NCBI GenBank assembly: GCA_030704615.1
Contig: CM060733.1
Coordinates: forward strand, 9,610,001-9,674,000
DNA length: 64,000 nucleotides
Source: Takakia lepidozioides
Lineage: Eukaryota > Plantae > Bryophyta
Direction: 5' to 3'
In this document: piece by piece, positions 49,016 to 62,246 of the stretch
Layout: each line of letters opens with the position of its first letter
Numbering within the stretch: position 1 is the stretch's first letter
Notes under the pieces: generated by a model
Database searches by the model: none
Told to the model about the DNA's origin: nothing
What the model saw: only the letters and a program-made list of their open reading frames with translations
Translations under genes and position numbers: made by a program

Positions 49016-51039
49016 TAGTTCTAGGTGTCGTGCTGTTCCACTTGACAATTAGGGAGCTCAGACATTTAGCAGTCTTAGCAGTGAACTAGATTCGCCGACA
49101 TACCTGTATTTCGTGACAAGGTGATGAATGTAGACTGAGGCTGTCAATTTGCTAGCTCATTTCCCGGGCAGTGATGGGAGCCATTCCCGAATGGCATGAA
49201 GGTGCCTGGTGTTGGCGCCACCTAGAATTGGCAGAGTGTGTGCCATGTACAACTGATTAGACTGTGCACAATACTGATGAAACCTCGCTATAGATGATCC
49301 ATATTTGAATCGAATGAGATCAACCGTGTAGATCCCTACCATCTAGCTAGTCTATAAAAGAGGGGTAGAACTGGAAGTGAAATTGCTACCTGGAAGCGGG
49401 AGGGGTCGAACTTGAGAGGATTAGGCCACAGCTTTGGGTTCAAGTGGAAGGTGCGCAGGAACACCAAGACCTTCCAGCCCTTGGGAAACAATTTACCTGC
49501 AGACACCCATGAAGATGCGTGTAGAACTCATTCATCATCAGAAAGTGTGTGGGAGTCCTCTCTGTACTTGTTTTATCAGTTCAGATACCTGTAGGTAAGT
49601 TTTAACGTACTCAAAGTGCATCACAGCGCTCAACTTCCATAAAAATTCCGAGTGCGAATTTGCGTGAAACCCAGAGCAACAGCTCGGAAGTGCTTAGAGC
49701 ACTTGGGGATTCATCGCAGCTTTCGGGTTTTGGAATTCTAGATCTCCACTAGATCCGATCTAGACGGCTAGATCCCCACTAGACCGAAGGACTTCCAGGA
49801 GATGAAATTATGCTGGCATGTCCAGACTAGCTAGGTTGGTAAACATTTCGAACAATGAGCAAGTTCTGGGCAATCATGTCAGTGCACGTGTTTGTTTCTC
49901 TTATCCATTAAGGAATTCGAACGCACCCTTGTATTCAACATTGTCGACAGTTTTCCTGGGGATCGCGGTCGTCACATTAAACAGCCTCAAAGTCTCAAAA
50001 ATGACCTGCATTCATGGACTCCAAGTATGAGGAATCTAAAATAGTGCTGGGAATCTCTATCACAGGTCCAAAACAACTGGACTATAATTTAATGACTCAA
50101 GAATTAATGACAAAGGAGAGAAGTGAACTGATGGCCGAGAAAGATTCACCTGTTGGGTATACGGCATCTTGGTCTTGTAGTCATTCCATGTCAGTGGCTC
50201 CACGGATGATGTCTTCTTCTCCCGGATTTCAGCATGCTCCTCCTGTCGCGAGCGAAAACACTCTCAAATCAGTCTTTGTCTAAATGTACTTTTATTGACC
50301 ATTCCCAGCGCAACAAAACAGCGACCGCATCTTTACCTACGGGTAGTTAAACGAAAACTACTTATCAAACAGACATGTAGATAGTGGGACATAAGGTCTA
50401 AGACACCGAACTCGGCACAAATCATTCTCAGTTGCCAGCCACAGTTGGATTTCCACTGTCCAACGTCAAGTTCTAGTTGGAATTTCTCCCAATCTGCCTC
50501 GCAAGTGGAAACCTTTTCTGCAACTTGTGTTGGATAGCAGTGCCTTGCAGGTACACAAGGTCGATGGGGCACGTTTTCTAAATATGGGATGTCTTTGTCT
50601 GCTACTTGGAGCAAGGGACGAGGACCTTCAGGAGCATTTTTGTTATAGAGGCAGGGACAGCTGAAGGACAGGGTTGGATGTGTCTGCTGATGAATCCCCG
50701 ATGTTCTCAAGATTGACTAAGAGCGGTACATGGGTAGACTGTCATTGGAGAAAGTGGATGCGGCAAAAGGGGGGGGGGGAGGTGGAAGTTTTGGGTGAGC
50801 AGGGATGATCGTTTGGGCGATTCAGTCTGACTGTCCCTCCTTCCCAAGATGCAGTGGAAGCTTACCATGTTTGCACGGCTATGGAGTAGCAATAAAAAGG
50901 CCATGTGGGACTGCAGGCCACACAGTATTCTTTATGCCCCCATCCACACTGGTGAAATTGTCTTGTTGTTATCCAATGGAATGTTGGGTCTGTTTTAGTT
51001 CTTACTTGGGTTAACTGTAAATTGAGTCGATTTCGGCTC

Positions 51040-51270
51040 CTTTTTTCTTTTTTAATTTTTTTAAAGGGAAAACACCTGGGAGCGACAGCTCACACATCAG
51101 GCCCCTTAATATACGTGAGTGAGAAAATAACCTCTTTCACAGTAACCTGCCCCTGAAGGGGCTTGCTTGCCGATGGGACACCGGGAGAAGACGATACCAC
51201 ACCCAACAATGTAGCAGGATTTGATCCCAGAGTCATCTAAGTGGCACTCAGTGCACTATACAACTGCCAT
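51040..51270 (-). mobile_element. tRNA-derived SINE-like element (copy 2)
   Basis: Reverse-complement homolog of 22965-23157 (AGTGCACTGAGTGCCAC; TGTGAGCTGTCGCTCCCAGGTGTTT) with A-rich tail. Confidence 0.55.
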
Positions 51271-52030
51271 ACAATCCCAAGGCTCTCATATCATGAGATG
51301 AAAAAACTGCCCAATTTTGCCGGTAATTTAAGCCCTTCATTTTAAGCCCCCCCTTCTTTTTTCTTTTTGGATAGGTGATGAAGCCTCAATATTTAAGCCC
51401 TTCATTTTTAAAAAGGGTTGTTTTTTAAGCCATATCTGTTTTGTTGTTGTTTTTAACATTCTTCTAATCTGGAAGTTGGATATGGCTGAAGTTTCTTGAG
51501 GTAATAAGTTAGATGGGTGGGTGGGCAGTACATTCACTGGTCAATTTTACAGGGACTCAGAATTCTGGGAGATGAAAAAAGATTTGGGGGCGAGGTTCTC
51601 TATTTTCAGTGAAAATGGGTCCCAGAATCATTTCCATGCAACCCAATCCCAACTCCCTGCTAGAGGCAGGGCCAAAACGAATGTCTGAAAGGTGGGGGTT
51701 TCAGCAGGCGATATGTTGGTCATGGGGGGAGATGTGGCCCCCAAAAACAGAATATACAGCCCGGCAGCTGCAGCCTGAGCCCCAGCTGAACCCCTATTGT
51801 GGGGGCCCAGGCAAAGCTGCAATGGGGGCCTTAAATTCTCTTTTGAAAACTGCACTGAAATTGTTACTTCTTTGGGAAGGTGAACACTAGCTGGTTATTC
51901 AGGTCCTTCGCTTTGATACATTCTCACAGGTTTGTAGCACTGACAGGGTATTCTACAGAGATCTTGGAACGTTTTTACTGTTTTGGCAGTGTTCTTAGCA
52001 AGCAAAGCAACTTGCAAGAACAACATCATT

Positions 52031-55000
52031 TCACCAGTACTCCCCACAAGAACAAACCCCGGCTTCGAAGCGGTGGAAGCGATTTGCGTCCCGTACAACA
52101 ATCACTCGCCCAACAATCTTTGAGATGAACTTGGTGGCTGTGTGGCAGTCGCCACACACCCGAAGGTTCTTGATGACACGGAGAGGTGTCCCAGGGGCCG
52201 TGCTGATCAATCCAAAAGCAATGGCCAGCTTCTCACTGTGGTAGCAAAGCGAAATTTCCTTGTGCTCTTCCTCCACATCGTGCAAAACAAAGCGAGTGTC
52301 AGGCACATACCCTGCCTCATGCATCTGCCCAGACAATCTTCGCAGCTCAGCATGAATTTCCAAAATTTGTGGATGCAACTTGTCATCTACAATGAACATG
52401 TGCGCCCCCTTGCCAACCTCAATGCAGGATCGACCTGGCTCCTTTTTGACACCCCTGACCTTCATCATCTTTCTCACTGTTACAGTATCATCCCACTTGC
52501 CAGCTGCGGCATAGATGTTTGATAGCAACACATAAGTTGCAGCGTCCTGTGGATCACACTTCAAAATGGATTTTGCCGCTTGTTCTGCAACCTCCACATT
52601 GCCATGAATTCTGCAGGCACCAAGCAAGGCTTTCCACACCACAGCATCTGGTTTGATTGGCATTTTGTTAATGAAGTCCTCTGCCTCATTCAATCGCCCT
52701 GCTCGGCCAAGAAGGTCCACCATGCAGCCAAAGTGCTCGACTGTAGGAATGAGGCCATGATCTTTGCTCAGGGATTTGAAGTAGTGTTTTCCTTCATCCA
52801 CTAGGCCAACATGGCTACATGCAGAGAGAACAGACGTAAAGGTGATACTGTCCGGCTTCAAGCCTTTCTTTTGCATTCCTTCAAATAGTTGCAGGGCATC
52901 CCTATGACAACCATGCTGGGAATATCCTGCGATCATTGCACTCCATGACACCACATCTTGTTCAGACATGCTGTCAAACACTCCCTTTGCATCCTTGATG
53001 CTCCCACATTTGGCATACATGTCAAGAAGGGATGTGTCCAGAATGACATCTGGGACAATTCCAGCTTTCATGATGTCTGCATGGACCTCTCTGCCCTTTT
53101 CCAGAGCTGCCAGGCTGGCACACACTTTGAGAATGCAAACAAACGTGACATGGTCAGGCTTCACCCCTTTCTGCATCATTTGCTCATAGGTCTCCAAAGC
53201 CTGCATCCCACACCCATGCTGGAAATATCCTGTGATCATCGTATTCCATGACACCACATTTCGGTCCACAGTTTTATCAAACACAAGCTTTGCAGCCTCA
53301 ATGCTCCCACACTTAGCATACATGTCCACAAGGGTATTGCTCAGAATGATACTTGGCACAATTCCGGCATTTCTGATGTCAGCATGGACCCCTTTGCCCT
53401 TCTCCAAGCATGAAAGGCTGGCACACACACTGCAAATGTAAAGGAATGTAATGTGGTCCGGTTTCACCCCTTCCCCCATCATTTGCTCGTATGTCTCCAA
53501 AGCCTCAATGCTGCAACTGTGCTGGGCATATCCTGCAATCATTGCATTCCATGACACCACACTTCGTTCAGCCATACTGTCAAACACTCCTTTTGCATCC
53601 TTGATGCTCCCGCATTTGGCATACATGTCCACAAGGGTATTGTCCAGGATGACATCTGGTCCAATTCCGGCTTTCATGATTTCAGCATGGAGTTCTTTGC
53701 CCCGGTCCAGGGCTGCCAGGCCGGCACACGCATTGCAAACGCTAACAAACGTAACCTGGTTGGGCTTCACTCCCTCCCCCATCATTTGGTCATAGGTTTC
53801 CAAAGCCTCGATCCCACATCCATGCTGGGCATATCCCGCTATCATCGCATTCCATGACACCACATCTCTTTCAGCCATATTGTCAAACACTCCCCGTGCA
53901 TCCTTCACACTCCCACATTTGGAATACATGTCCACGAGGGTATTGTCCAGAATAACATCCGGAACAATTCCAGATTTCATGATTTCAGCATGTACCTCTT
54001 TGCCCTTTTCCAGGGCTGCCAGGCTTGCACACGCATTGCAAATGCAAACATACGTGACCTGGTCGGGCTTCACCCCTGCCCTTATCATTTGCTCATACGT
54101 CTCCAGAGCCTCCAACCCACAATCATCCTGAGCATATCCTCCAATCATCACACTCCATGACACTACATCTCGTTCAGCCATTTCATCGAACACTCCCTTT
54201 GCATCCTTCATACTCCCACATTTGGCATACATGTCCAGAAGGGTATTGTTCAAAACTATATTTGGTACAATTCCAGCTTTCATAATGTCTGCCTGTACCT
54301 CTTTGCCCTTTTCCAAGGCTGCCAGGCTAGCACACGCTTTGCAAACACAGACAAACGTAACCTGGTTGGGCTTCACCCCTTCCAACAACATTTTCTCATA
54401 GGTCTCCAAAGCCTTCATGCCACACCCATGCTGGGCATATCCTGCGATCATCGCGCTCCATGATACCACATCTCGTTCAGCCATATTCTCAAACACTCCC
54501 TTTGCATCCTCGATGCTCCCACATTTGGCATACATGTCCACAAGGGTGTTGTCCAGAACGATATTTGGTATAATCCCAGTTTTCATGATGTCAGCATGGA
54601 CCTTTTCCCCCTTCTCCAGGGCTGCCAGGTTGGCACACGCCTTGAGAACACAAATGAAGGTGACCTGGTCGGGTGTCACCCCTTCTTGTATCATTTGTTC
54701 ATAGGTCTCAAAGGCTTTGTTACCACATCCATGCTTTGCGTATCCTGCCATCATTATAGTCCACGAAAACATATTCCGTTCAGGCATTTTGTCAAACACT
54801 CGCTGCGCATCCACCAGGCTTCCGCACTTCACATACATATTGACAAGGGTGTTGTGTAGAAAAACATTTGGCTTGAACCCACTTAACATAATGTGGGTGT
54901 GCACCTGCTTTCCCACCGCGAGGTTTTTCCTATTCATGCACTTATGCAAGAGACAGACATAAGTATCGGAGTCTGCCAAGATGCCTCCTTTTGTCAAAAT

Positions 55001-57187
55001 GTGCAGAGCCTCATTCAGTTGTCCTGCCTCACATAGTGTCTTCACATGCCCACAAGTGCCAGAAGAGGTCTCGTGGATTGTAGTTCTTGGTCCTCCAGCA
55101 GAAGCAGTGGTCATGGTGGAGGTGTCTGATTCTGTCAACTGTGCTGCTTCTGCTTCCAGTTGACCATCTACCCATGCAGGTTTCTTGTAGCTGTCAATCA
55201 ACATTAGCTCATTACTAGTCTTCTGCTTGAAATCCGGCCTCATCCGATGGATCTGCAAATACACTCCATCCCAGTCTACCTCAGCCATCCTTGCTCAGCA
55301 ATAATGCATAGATCCTTCCCCTTGTTGCTAATAGCTGACAGCAACAACCTCAAACTTATGTGCCAAACACACCAACCCTACTTACCACACACTAGTGCCT
55401 ATGCTGAATTGCTGACAAGAAATTAAATATGTGTTACGGAGAGAGGCAGAATGACAATTTGCAAGACAGTGTTTTGATGCATCTTGTTATCTGTTTCTGT
55501 TCCTTCCCTAACAAAACAAGCATTCACCTTTCTGCCCGGATTGTCCCACGATTGACTGGAGTTTGAAGAATGTTCCTGCCAAAGCTTCTCCTCATCTCTA
55601 TTTTCAGTTTCTGGATATTTGTTTGCGACCACATTGGCAATCACATGTTAGAAACACTGAGAACCCTCCACAGATCCAGCTACCAAGCTTTCTTACAATG
55701 AAAAAGTAGGGACAAATCTGACAAAGGACAACACAGGCGTAAACGTGTTGAAGAAGAGGCGCCCTCACCAAATCGTGCTTCACCCTGTGTCATGCAAGAA
55801 GCTAGCTTTCCTTTCACCCAAGGAGGATTCAACCAACCCTCAATCCAAAGGATCACTTGTGCACACAGTTTATGTCTTCTGTCCAGTGATCTTGGACTGG
55901 TCTGTTAAAACCACAGGGCACAGACCAAGCCAATCTTCCCAAATACCTTGTATTTACCAGGAAACAGACAGGAAGAGCCCATTTTTCAGAACACACAAAC
56001 TCCTTCTCAACATACATGAAGAGAGCCGCACCTTGCAAATGCCATTGTCCCACCATTGTGTAGGATTTATAAGAAACTCTTGCCTGTGCTGTTCCAGGCC
56101 CCATGGTTGACCTTCGTGCCAGAAATTCCAAGAGCATCAAAACTTTGACAGGTTTCTTGATCGAGGAGTGCTAGTGGAGCTTCTGAAACCATTCATACAA
56201 GTCACTCTGGCTCTAGGAACACAGAAAAATGTCCCAAATTATACATGCTACACAAGGTTGGGCATGATAAGGCAGCCGCTCTGGTCAGGCTCGTTGCGAG
56301 CCCTACTCACTTTCATCTTCAAGCTTCGAAGGAGCTCCACCATCCACACAAGAATTAGGACGATACTCTGCTACAGACTGTCCTTTTACTCCTGTCATGG
56401 CAACTAGCTTTTCCTTCACCCAAGGAGAATCCAACCGACCCTCAATCCACAGGACCTCTTGTGTGCACTGCTTGCCTCTGTAGTCTGGAGATTTTGGACT
56501 CGTCTGTGAAAACCACGGGTGTGCAGCAGCTGAGCAGCCAGAGTTTTAACCTTTCTTGCAGAACCTATTGACATTCTAACTCAAATCAACAACTAGGAGT
56601 ACTATCCAGCTCACGAAACCGGAGTAAGTCAAAATTAATTCTTGACAGACTCCTATCACATCTTACATCAAGAGCGCACCTTATCAACGGCGGAATCCCA
56701 CCATTGTGAAGGGTCTAGAAAGAACTCCTGCCAGCGCTGTTCCATGTTCCAGCCTTGACCCACATGCGAATCACACTCCCAAGATTTTCAAAAGGGCACG
56801 GGTTTCGATTATAGCACTTCTCTGACTATCCGGTGTGCTCCTTCGACAAATGAGAGTATATGTTCTGCTGCTGGATAGGTTAAATTACAATTCCAAGCCT
56901 GGATCCTACGGTGCACACAAAAAAGCGGGCCCAACAAAGAGTGTTTCGCTTACACTACCTAATTCCAGTAGCATCCCAGAAGCCTTGGGAGATGTCATAG
57001 CCACCACTTGCAAGTGACTCAGTCCTTGGCGCCTTGACAAGGGAGATGCCGCATTCCGTTCCATAGTCCAAACGGTTAGTCTGCTGCTGCATGATGTGGT
57101 GCCACTTGCATGGCCGAAAGGGGAAGACCGGGCCTTGGGTATGGAGTTCATATGCGCGCTCAGGAGAGCAGCAGAGCACGCTGCCAT
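52031..57187 (-). CDS. PPR gene 3: transit peptide + 3 OSB-type PDF motifs + PLS PPR + E1/E2 + intact DYW cytidine deaminase
   Basis: Proposed exons 57187-56959, 56753-56680, 56503-56311, 56111-56032, 55901-55769, 55610-55528 and 55252-52031 give an open 1337-aa frame. Literal PDFK in the last exon; HSEKLA, CGDCH and terminal EYW present. Confidence 0.85.
55170..56759 (-). other. Three split PDF-motif exon modules of gene 3
   Basis: RWQEFFLDPSQWWDSAVDK|TSPKSPDYRGKQCTQEVLWIEGRLDSPWV; RQEFLINPTQWWDNGICK|TSPRSLDRRHKLCAQVILWIEGWLNPPWV; LWQEHSSNSSQSWDNPGRK|IHRMRPDFKQKTSNELMLIDSYKKPAWV. Confidence 0.8.
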
Positions 57188-57799
57188 CCCCACCACGCTG
57201 TGAGAGAGAGAGCGAAACAGGAAACCCAAAGCTTATAAATTGGATATAATCTTAATTATATCCAATAGTATGCTTCAAAGGATGGACGTTCCCTTTCAAT
57301 TTTTTTTGCAGAAAGGGGTAGTAGCCCTTGAGAACTTTATTATAAATTATTGTGGGGAAAAAAATTAAAACCCCGGATGAGCCATAAGGCGCCATGAGGC
57401 GCACACACTACAAGCGGTGAAGAACGAGCCCTTCCTCTCAGTATGAGAGAATGATCAATGAAGAAGATCTGTCTGCCCTAGGGCTGCAACTTAAGGTGAA
57501 GCTACTATGTCTGCAGGGTCGCCTGACTATGAGAATTCAATAGCAGAGCCCGAAGCTATGCATGGTAACCCAGTTTGCATTTTATGAATGCTAGACAAGA
57601 ACACCTCAGGAACTGGTTGCCCAAAAACTATCATTCAAAACATCATAGAAAAGGAAGCAAGTTGGGATCGTATGATTCCCTCCAAATTGGATGCACCCTA
57701 TGAGAACCGAGAACCTTGTTATCCCCTGGAAAGTGAAACAACCCTATCTGTACTGAAGCCTGGAAGCCGAGAGAGGGCCTGAGCCACTTCGTCTTGTGG

Positions 57800-60518
57800 C
57801 TACTGCCCCCTTTCGAGGGTTGGCCCTATAAGAAAGACAGGTGTCCTGCAGGACACCAGGTAACCGAAGATATAGAGGTACCAATGGTACCCCAAGGGTA
57901 CCTTGGGGAACCTAAGGTATCGTCGTAGAATAATAGTTGTGAGGGAACGGAGCATCGTGAGGTGAATAGCTTTGAAAATGTCAACGCATCGTGACATGTT
58001 TGCATAAAATGCTCTATGTGGAAATCCTGATAACTTGTAGAGTCGTCCTGTCCGAACCTTGTATGCTGGAGATACAGCTTGATGAAGCTGTAAGTGGCGC
58101 AAAACCCGCACCATCTCCCAAAACAGACCCGACCTCGAGTCTCGCAATCCATTGCCATGCCTGACTGATGAATGCCCTTGGCAGGGCCAACCTGCCACTA
58201 CCAGATCAATGGAGCCAACCTGCTCCAAATCCTGCGCCCCTATCAACGAAATGTTTCCTGTCAAGGCCTGCTGATATCCACGAACTGCAGACACCGACAA
58301 CAACTCAGGGTACTGTTGCACCAACTGAGTAACATGGCGTAGGGAGACGCATCGTGCAGTCTCATCCCTCTCCACATATAAGTACCGCCATACTCGTACA
58401 CCTGCCTGCAGAACAACAGCCAATCTGGTGCCGATCCCGCCAAACAAGTCCAGAAGACAAATGCCTTCATCCGAACACTGCCACACGATCGATGTGGTGT
58501 CCAATGGAAACAACTGAGGTGGTCCTGGTGCAATCCCCGCACCGTCCTCCTCTCCTGACGGTACAAAGGCCTCTACCCAGGCTTGTTGCACCCGTCGATC
58601 AGCAACCCGCTGCAAATCCTTGCTCGAGCCCCACAATGGAGTGTGAGCAACCATGGCAGGTATCTCCGCCATACCATACATGTCATCCTGCTCTGCCGGA
58701 GGTGACACATCCTCTGAATGAGTGTTGCCATCCAACAACTCTCCAGGCCAAGTCACTGCAGCTGTGAATGCTGCCAGTGTCGGCATCTTGCCTCGTTGGG
58801 CAACTGCAACTCCTCTTATGAACATCACATGGAGCTGCACACGCCGGCCCTCCCCTGACTGCCATCTAGGCCTATAGGAAGCTGACTCCTCCCAAAAATC
58901 CAGGGTGAAGCCCATGGGGTACAATACTGCCCCACCAACAATGATATCGTACGAGACCGCGTCTGTCACAATGGCCTTGGCTCTCATCACTGAGCCATCT
59001 GTAGGATGATCCGGCTGTAGTCTTATAGCCAACTCACGCCGTATCATGCCTCGAGCCTGCTCTGATTCTCCGAGAGATGCCTGTATCTGGAAAGGGCACG
59101 GCTCCATATCCGCCTCCGTGAGGCCCAAGCCTGCAATAGCAGCTCTGCCCAGCATCAATGGCTGAGCTCCCGAGTCCAACAAGACTCGCAGTGGTCGGTA
59201 CCTCTTGCTTGCCGGTCCACTCAAACAGAAAATGTCATCCTGGTTGTCTAACATGACAACTCCAGGTGTCACCATGGCGCGCTCAATGGCTGGCCTAGCT
59301 GGCAGCTCCATCAACCTGGCTGCTGCAGTTTGCCATGGCGCCGCTGTGGCAATCTTGACCCTCACATCCGAGGATATCTCCGACACTACACCTCCCACTA
59401 TCTCCGCAGAAGATGAAGTAACCTCCCCACTCTCACAGAGTGTAGCTGCCAGCTTGAACACCTCAGCTGGTCTTACCCCCGGCATCGCAATCATGGTAGC
59501 CGAGAACAATGGAGTCTGGCACACAGCTGTGGCCGCCCCCAGCAGCACACTAGCTGCCGTAGCCTTGGCAACACTAGGTAGTGGTGATGCCCGTGTAGCT
59601 CTCCCCAATGGCATAGTAACCTCCGCCTCGGTAACAGTCAGGCGAGAACTAGGTGCCATGGACGGCGTCGACATTGTCGCCGCCAATGTGAATGATTGAG
59701 GAAGCCTGGTCTGACGGTTTGCCTCCCCGCGTTGTGGATCCAACTCCATCTCCGCACCCCGTGGCTCAGGAATTCGTGTCGCTCCTCGAGTCACTGCCGC
59801 AGCTGACTCCACTTGCACTAGTGGTAGTGCTGCCCCATCCACAGTGGTATTGGTAGTGGCATCCCTCACTAATGGTGGTGGTGCCCCACCCATAGTGGTA
59901 GTGGTAGTGGTAGTGGCACCCCTCACTAGTGGTAGTGCTGCCCCACACATGAATCCCATGCCTCCCAAGTCTCCTCCCTCAGGAGCAGGAGGTGGACCAT
60001 CCGGCCTTGGTAGCTTGGGTGGACGACGTAGCCTCTGTACCACTAGTCCCACTGCTGCTCGTGGAAGCTGCCGGTGCAGCTGCCGGTATGGCTGCTGCCC
60101 TTGTCCCTCTAGTAATGGAGACATAGTCGGGTGACCAGTACATCCTCCACTCCTCGATCTCAACATCGTGCCCCCGCCTAAACTTATGGTAATCATCCAT
60201 GGACGACCCCTCAAGGTGCTGAAACAGCCCCTTCCATGCCATGAAAGGCGTAAATAGTTGTGGATTGCGCATTTGCTGCAAGTCACACCAACTATCAAAC
60301 TCTTGGATAAAATCATCCAACTCAATGGTGCCTACCGCCCCAGAGTACCTTCGTGGTCCCTTGGTGGCTCCATACATCTCTTCCATCGTGTCCCACAACA
60401 AATGACAAAGAAACAACTTGCACCGCCGATGTGAGTCCTCCTGATTCACAATCCGAATCAGAACCTTCCGTAGAAGACACAGGAGGTGAAGGTGGCCTAA
60501 ACCGCACACCCCGTCCAA
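57800..60518 (-). mobile_element. Truncated retrotransposon: gag-like + aspartic protease + C5 cytosine DNA methyltransferase domain
   Basis: gag-like ELDDFIQEFDSWCD...; protease VLLDSGAQP; MTase motif I LDLFGGIG, motif II YVERD, motif IV DLVVAGWPCQG, GLRDSRSGLFWE; truncated before ENV. PBS-like TGGACGGGG follows TAACA at about 60518. Confidence 0.75.
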
Positions 60519-62034
60519 TGTTAATACTATGTTAATACATAGTCATGACTCAAAAGATACGTTATATTAGCAAATTAAGAATGTCATATTCAAAACGGCC
60601 CCATTCTTCGAGTGAAATCTTCATAACTTGCCCCACAGGTCTATTCCAGTGTTGGACCGGTATATGGGGGTGAGGCGGGGTATCAACACGGGTAAGGGTA
60701 TTGCGGCAGGGTACCAGACCAGGCGGGTATAAGCAACTGACGATACCCCGAGCAGAACATATTGGGGGCAATATAGTGAAACGCTAATACCTGGGCTCCT
60801 ACCATACCAGCCTGGTATCGCAAGGAACGCGACAAGCATTCCATGATCCACTTTTTGAGCTCCTCGCTAATATGTGGAGCATAAGCATATCGGCTGAACT
60901 AGAACTCAGCATATCAACCATGAGAGGGTTTTCCGGACACATCCAGGTGTTGCATGTTGTTATAATATGTGATGACCCCAATGTCTGGAGCAAGATTATC
61001 ATCTATCGTACATCCAATAGTCATCAATAAATGTTAGGTACATGGTGTTGGTTAACCCCTAGCTATTGTCACAAAACCATGCGATTCTACATTCCAATTT
61101 TGAGATTTGAGAATCTACAAAGAGATTCATCTTACTTCTCCTTAGACCTCTTGAACAAGGAAAGTAGTGAGAGCTTGTAGATTTGCGATTTTAAAAAGAA
61201 TGTCTGACATATTTACAAAGAATTCCGGTTAAACCAACAACCCATAATCTGTAAACATCAATACGTGAGATTGAGTCCTTTAGATTTGTCGAATCCTAAT
61301 TACAACCAACAGGTTCCAGCCCATTTTTTCTTGATCTGTCTTAGAGCCGAGTGGAGTGGCAGCCTTGAATCCATGCGATGTGCGCGTCAAATTGTTTTCT
61401 CTCTTCCTAGTTTTTTCTACGAAAAATAAAATGAATCTGCAAAGCAACAATAGAAAACATTTTTTTCTTCATACGAGTAATAGATAAAGCAAAAGCACCT
61501 GAGAAAAGGTTGGCCTAGTTTTCTTTGTGCCGCCCATTGGACTGCTAGTCTTGTAATCTTATTTGAAGAATCTTTTCAGACAAAAACAATTCGACTATGG
61601 ATGATTTTGTCAACGGATATATAGAACTTGGATGGATGTACATTGGTCTGGTGGGTTCCATCAAGACTACGATCAGTCTAAAGCGGGAGATTATTAGACA
61701 TGCATTTCTTGGGTACTTCTTAGGAACGTTGTGAACATGGTCGTTCCCCAGTATGGGAACGTAAGTTCCATTCTGGGAGCTTTTGGATGGAACATGCGCG
61801 GGAACTGTTCTGAGCATGGGCTTCAACACTGAGGGTATATCCTCTTCTTGTGCTCACGTATTATGTTCTTGTGGTATGTGAAGAAGGGACTAATACCTGA
61901 TCTTGTTAAGAAAACATATTTGGGTGTCTACTTCAAGGTTGCTTTGAAGCCCTTTGCTTGCCTATGGCTGTCTCTCCTCTCCATGGACATATGACATGAT
62001 ATCAACTATGATACAGTGTTGGCCTTGCTTGTCT

Positions 62035-62036
<2 letters not shown>

Positions 62037-62066
<30 letters not shown>
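62037..62066. repeat. (AG)15 microsatellite between TTGCTTGTCTAAA direct repeats
   Basis: Seen directly. Confidence 0.9.
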
Positions 62067-62071
<5 letters not shown>

Positions 62072-62246
62072 TTGTCTAAACTGAAAGGAGAGTGCTCCGA
62101 TGTTCAATAGCAAAGTCCATCTAAACAGCATAGACATGAGGGGACAAATGTTTGCCTTTCTTATCCCTTGCCAAGCAAAGTGCTCCACTGTTCAATAACA
62201 AAGTCTATGCAAGCAACAGAAGCATGCACAATGTACTTCGGTTGCC

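Noticed and set aside
49026-49950. Possible solo LTR
   Set aside because: TATA-like and TG/CA motifs are present but no TSD or second copy could be established.
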